Shown: in pieces, positions 62,056 through 64,000 of the stretch
Numbering within the stretch: the stretch's first letter is position 1
Layout: each line of letters starts with the position of its first letter
Source: Kiritimatiellia bacterium
Lineage (GTDB): Bacteria > Verrucomicrobiota > Kiritimatiellia > WLWN01
NCBI GenBank assembly: GCA_012103575.1
Contig: WLWN01000001.1
Span: 1,564,176-1,628,175, forward strand
DNA: 64,000 nt
Reading direction: 5' to 3'
The notes under the pieces: model-generated
The model's database searches: none
Told to the model about the DNA's origin: nothing
What the model saw: only the letters and a program-made list of their open reading frames with translations
Program-made: the position numbers and the translations under genes

Positions 62056-63609
62056 CCTGAATCCGTCAGCTATCGCTTCGGAAGGCGTTTTGGGGCTCAA
62101 AAGTTGAAAACTTTTTCCTTGAGATGCTCGCTTTTGGGCGGATTGGGACCGGCAAGTATCACCCTGATGAATTTTTTGAGCGTACAGGTCAGATTCACTC
62201 TGATTTGACCATTTTGGGGCGTAGGCCTCCTTGGGCAGTCGCCTTAGAGTATTGTTAAAGGTGCACGGAGGGCTATGCGAAGGAATGGGCAATATCTTGT
62301 ATCACTTCAAACCAGCGACAACGCTTGCCAAAGTGAAGTTCAATTCGTCCGGCGTGGCGGACCAATCGAACCGCGCAATAGGTTGAAGGCCACCATGGCG
62401 CATAACAGAATAATCTTATTGGCACAGAGTCTCCCCGAAGGCAATCGCTCAACATCAAGATCGCTTTTGAGTTCACTGTGGTACTGCTCGCTGGGGCCAT
62501 GTCCATGATAGAGATCTAGCACGGTCTTGGCACGACAAGAGAGGTCCGTCCACCAGGTGTTCACCTCAAGTTTAGGAACTAGAAGTTTCTGACCATCGAT
62601 ATCGATGGTGCGTTCAATCACTTCAAAGGCCACCGGGACACAAGGGCGGTTTTGGTCACCACCGGGATGGAAATGATCGAAAAAGCCTGTGTAAACGTTC
62701 TTGCCTTCACGACTGTCTTGTTTGTCTCCAACTCGGCGTGCAAGGGCCAGCATTTGTTCAGGACATTCGCGGCGAGGATTTCGCTTTACGATAAAATAAT
62801 GATCCCCAAAAGCGTCGAAGTTATCGGCCGCAGCGTTGCCACTATCAAGCCGAAGCAAACATTTTCCACCCAGGCCCAGGGTTTGGAGCGTTTCAACGCT
62901 GCGGGCAATAAACGCGGTCGTTCCCGACTGACAATGTTGTTTACCGGGTCGAAGTTCGCACTCAAGCATGTGGCCTTGAGTGCCCACATAGGCAAATATC
63001 GGGGCGTAACCATCATGGCCCTTATAGGTGTAGGAAACGCCTTCTTTCGAAGAGCCTGAGTGATCCAAAGGGCTCACATCGATATCGACGGGAACAAGAT
63101 CAAGCCCTTCGACATCTACGTAGCCAAAGGGGCCCGAGGAAAGAAGTTCGGTGTTGAGTTTGCGTAGCCCCACATGGGTTCTGGCTGGGGGCAGGTCGTC
63201 GAAACGACATCGGAACACCGGCTCAGAGGCTACCTTTTTAACTCCCCTTTTTAAGTCCAAAGGCATTCATAAAAATCTCATCACCCCGGTACAGGTCGAT
63301 ATCATTGAAATCGGTTCGACCGTTGCAAAGTAAGCCGATCTGGGTAAGGAGGATCTCCCGATCAGAGATCGCATCGGAGCGGCGTGGTTGAAAATTGGAG
63401 GGAAGAATCCGTTGAGCATGATCCTCAAGCAGCAGGCCGCAAAGATGATTTCCGCTTGTGCTGTTGAGTTCGCCCTTGCCAGTCTTTATTTTATATTGTT
63501 TCATATACACACCTGTTGGGGTGGGGTTGTTTGTTTGAATACGGGTATCCTCCCCGCTTTAGCCCAACAGGTAATGAAAAATCATCAGATTTTATCTGAC
63601 GGATTCAGG
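62056..63609 (-). mobile_element. IS1380-family element, copy 3 (104-bp internal deletion, perfect 5-bp TSD)
   Basis: TSD TAGCA (62051..62055 and 63610..63614). Transposase ORFs are 63238..63510 and 62340..63266, separated by the shared +1 frameshift. The deletion lies at the ACCGCGCAATA repeat (62370..62380). Confidence 0.9.
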
Positions 63610-64000
63610 TAGCATAAAGAAAACCATACAAAAGGTTGAAAGACGATTGTTTTTTCTACCCCGATTTTACCTGCTTGTAAAAATGGCAAAAACAGTTATA
63701 TTTGATGGAGTCCTCAAGGGGTCCACCGATAAGTCGGTGTGGCTTAAAATATTTGAAGAAGAAAAGCAGAAAATCATCAACTTGATTCCCGAGGAACACC
63801 TGTTACTTTTTGATGCCAAAGAGGGGTGGGAACCCCTTTGTAATTTTTTGGAGACAGACATCCCAGAGGTTCCATTTCCACATAGTAATAAAAAGCAAAA
63901 ACGAGTAAATAGAACCATGATACGCTATGTCATTCAAGACCTTTTCATTCTAACAGTCGCTGTATTCGTAATCTGGGGCATAGTCGCACTGATAGGATAC
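63610..64000 (+). pseudogene. sulfotransferase, 3' part (runs off the right window edge)
   Basis: Frame 2: ..SIKKTIQKV..KIFEEEKQKIINLIPEEHLLLFDAKEGWEPLCNFLETDIPEVPFPHSNKK.., then a hydrophobic tail. Confidence 0.6.

Noticed and set aside
1-64000. tRNA, rRNA, riboswitch or T-box elements (for example upstream of ileS)
   Set aside because: Scanning the intergenic regions by eye found no T-loop (GGTTCGAATCC-like) cloverleaf candidates, no rRNA-like stretches and no recognisable leader structures. tRNAscan or Infernal would settle this properly.

Overview
This 64-kb bacterial chromosomal segment is heavily colonised by mobile DNA and rich in pseudogenes. The organism is unidentified. FG-GAP/ASPIC paralogs, sulfotransferase and LVIVD/TSP3 surface proteins, and short 'LCGFLCLFVA'-type repeat remnants hint weakly at the PVC superphylum.

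By my own coordinates about 13.4 kb (~21%) is IS or MITE sequence:
- Four copies of one IS30-family element ('IS30-A'); only 57827..58878 has an intact transposase.
- Two copies of a second IS30-family element ('IS30-B'), both frameshifted at the same site.
- Three near-full copies plus one 132-bp end fragment of an IS1380-family element, all defective.
- One IS630/Tc1-mariner-type element plus two fragments.
- A 163-bp palindromic MITE (four copies plus solo termini). Its terminal inverted repeats and 5-bp target duplications match the IS1380 element.

Housekeeping genes between the insertions look intact: ileS, an msbA-like ABC exporter, gloB, a PQQ sugar dehydrogenase, cysteine synthase, cutA, an AdoMetDC-spermidine synthase fusion, and yejA/yejB.

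The accessory content has four main parts:
- A family of CRTAC1-like (FG-GAP + ASPIC/UnbV) genes in two subtypes. Only one of the four full-length subtype-1 paralogs is intact.
- A large LVIVD/TSP3 surface protein broken by an IS and a MITE.
- Two decayed toxin-antitoxin pairs in which the toxin is the inactivated partner.
- A putative envelope-glycan locus: DUF354, two giant GT-C-like membrane proteins, a beta-barrel OMP and a sulfotransferase.

I did not find a convincing new multi-gene defence-type system. The most novel structures I can support are the MITE/IS1380 partnership and its effects, the lesions shared between IS copies, and a few uncharacterised genes and operons.

All family assignments come from motifs I recognise by eye; no database search was run. 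IS and MITE ends are good to a few bp, except where noted.
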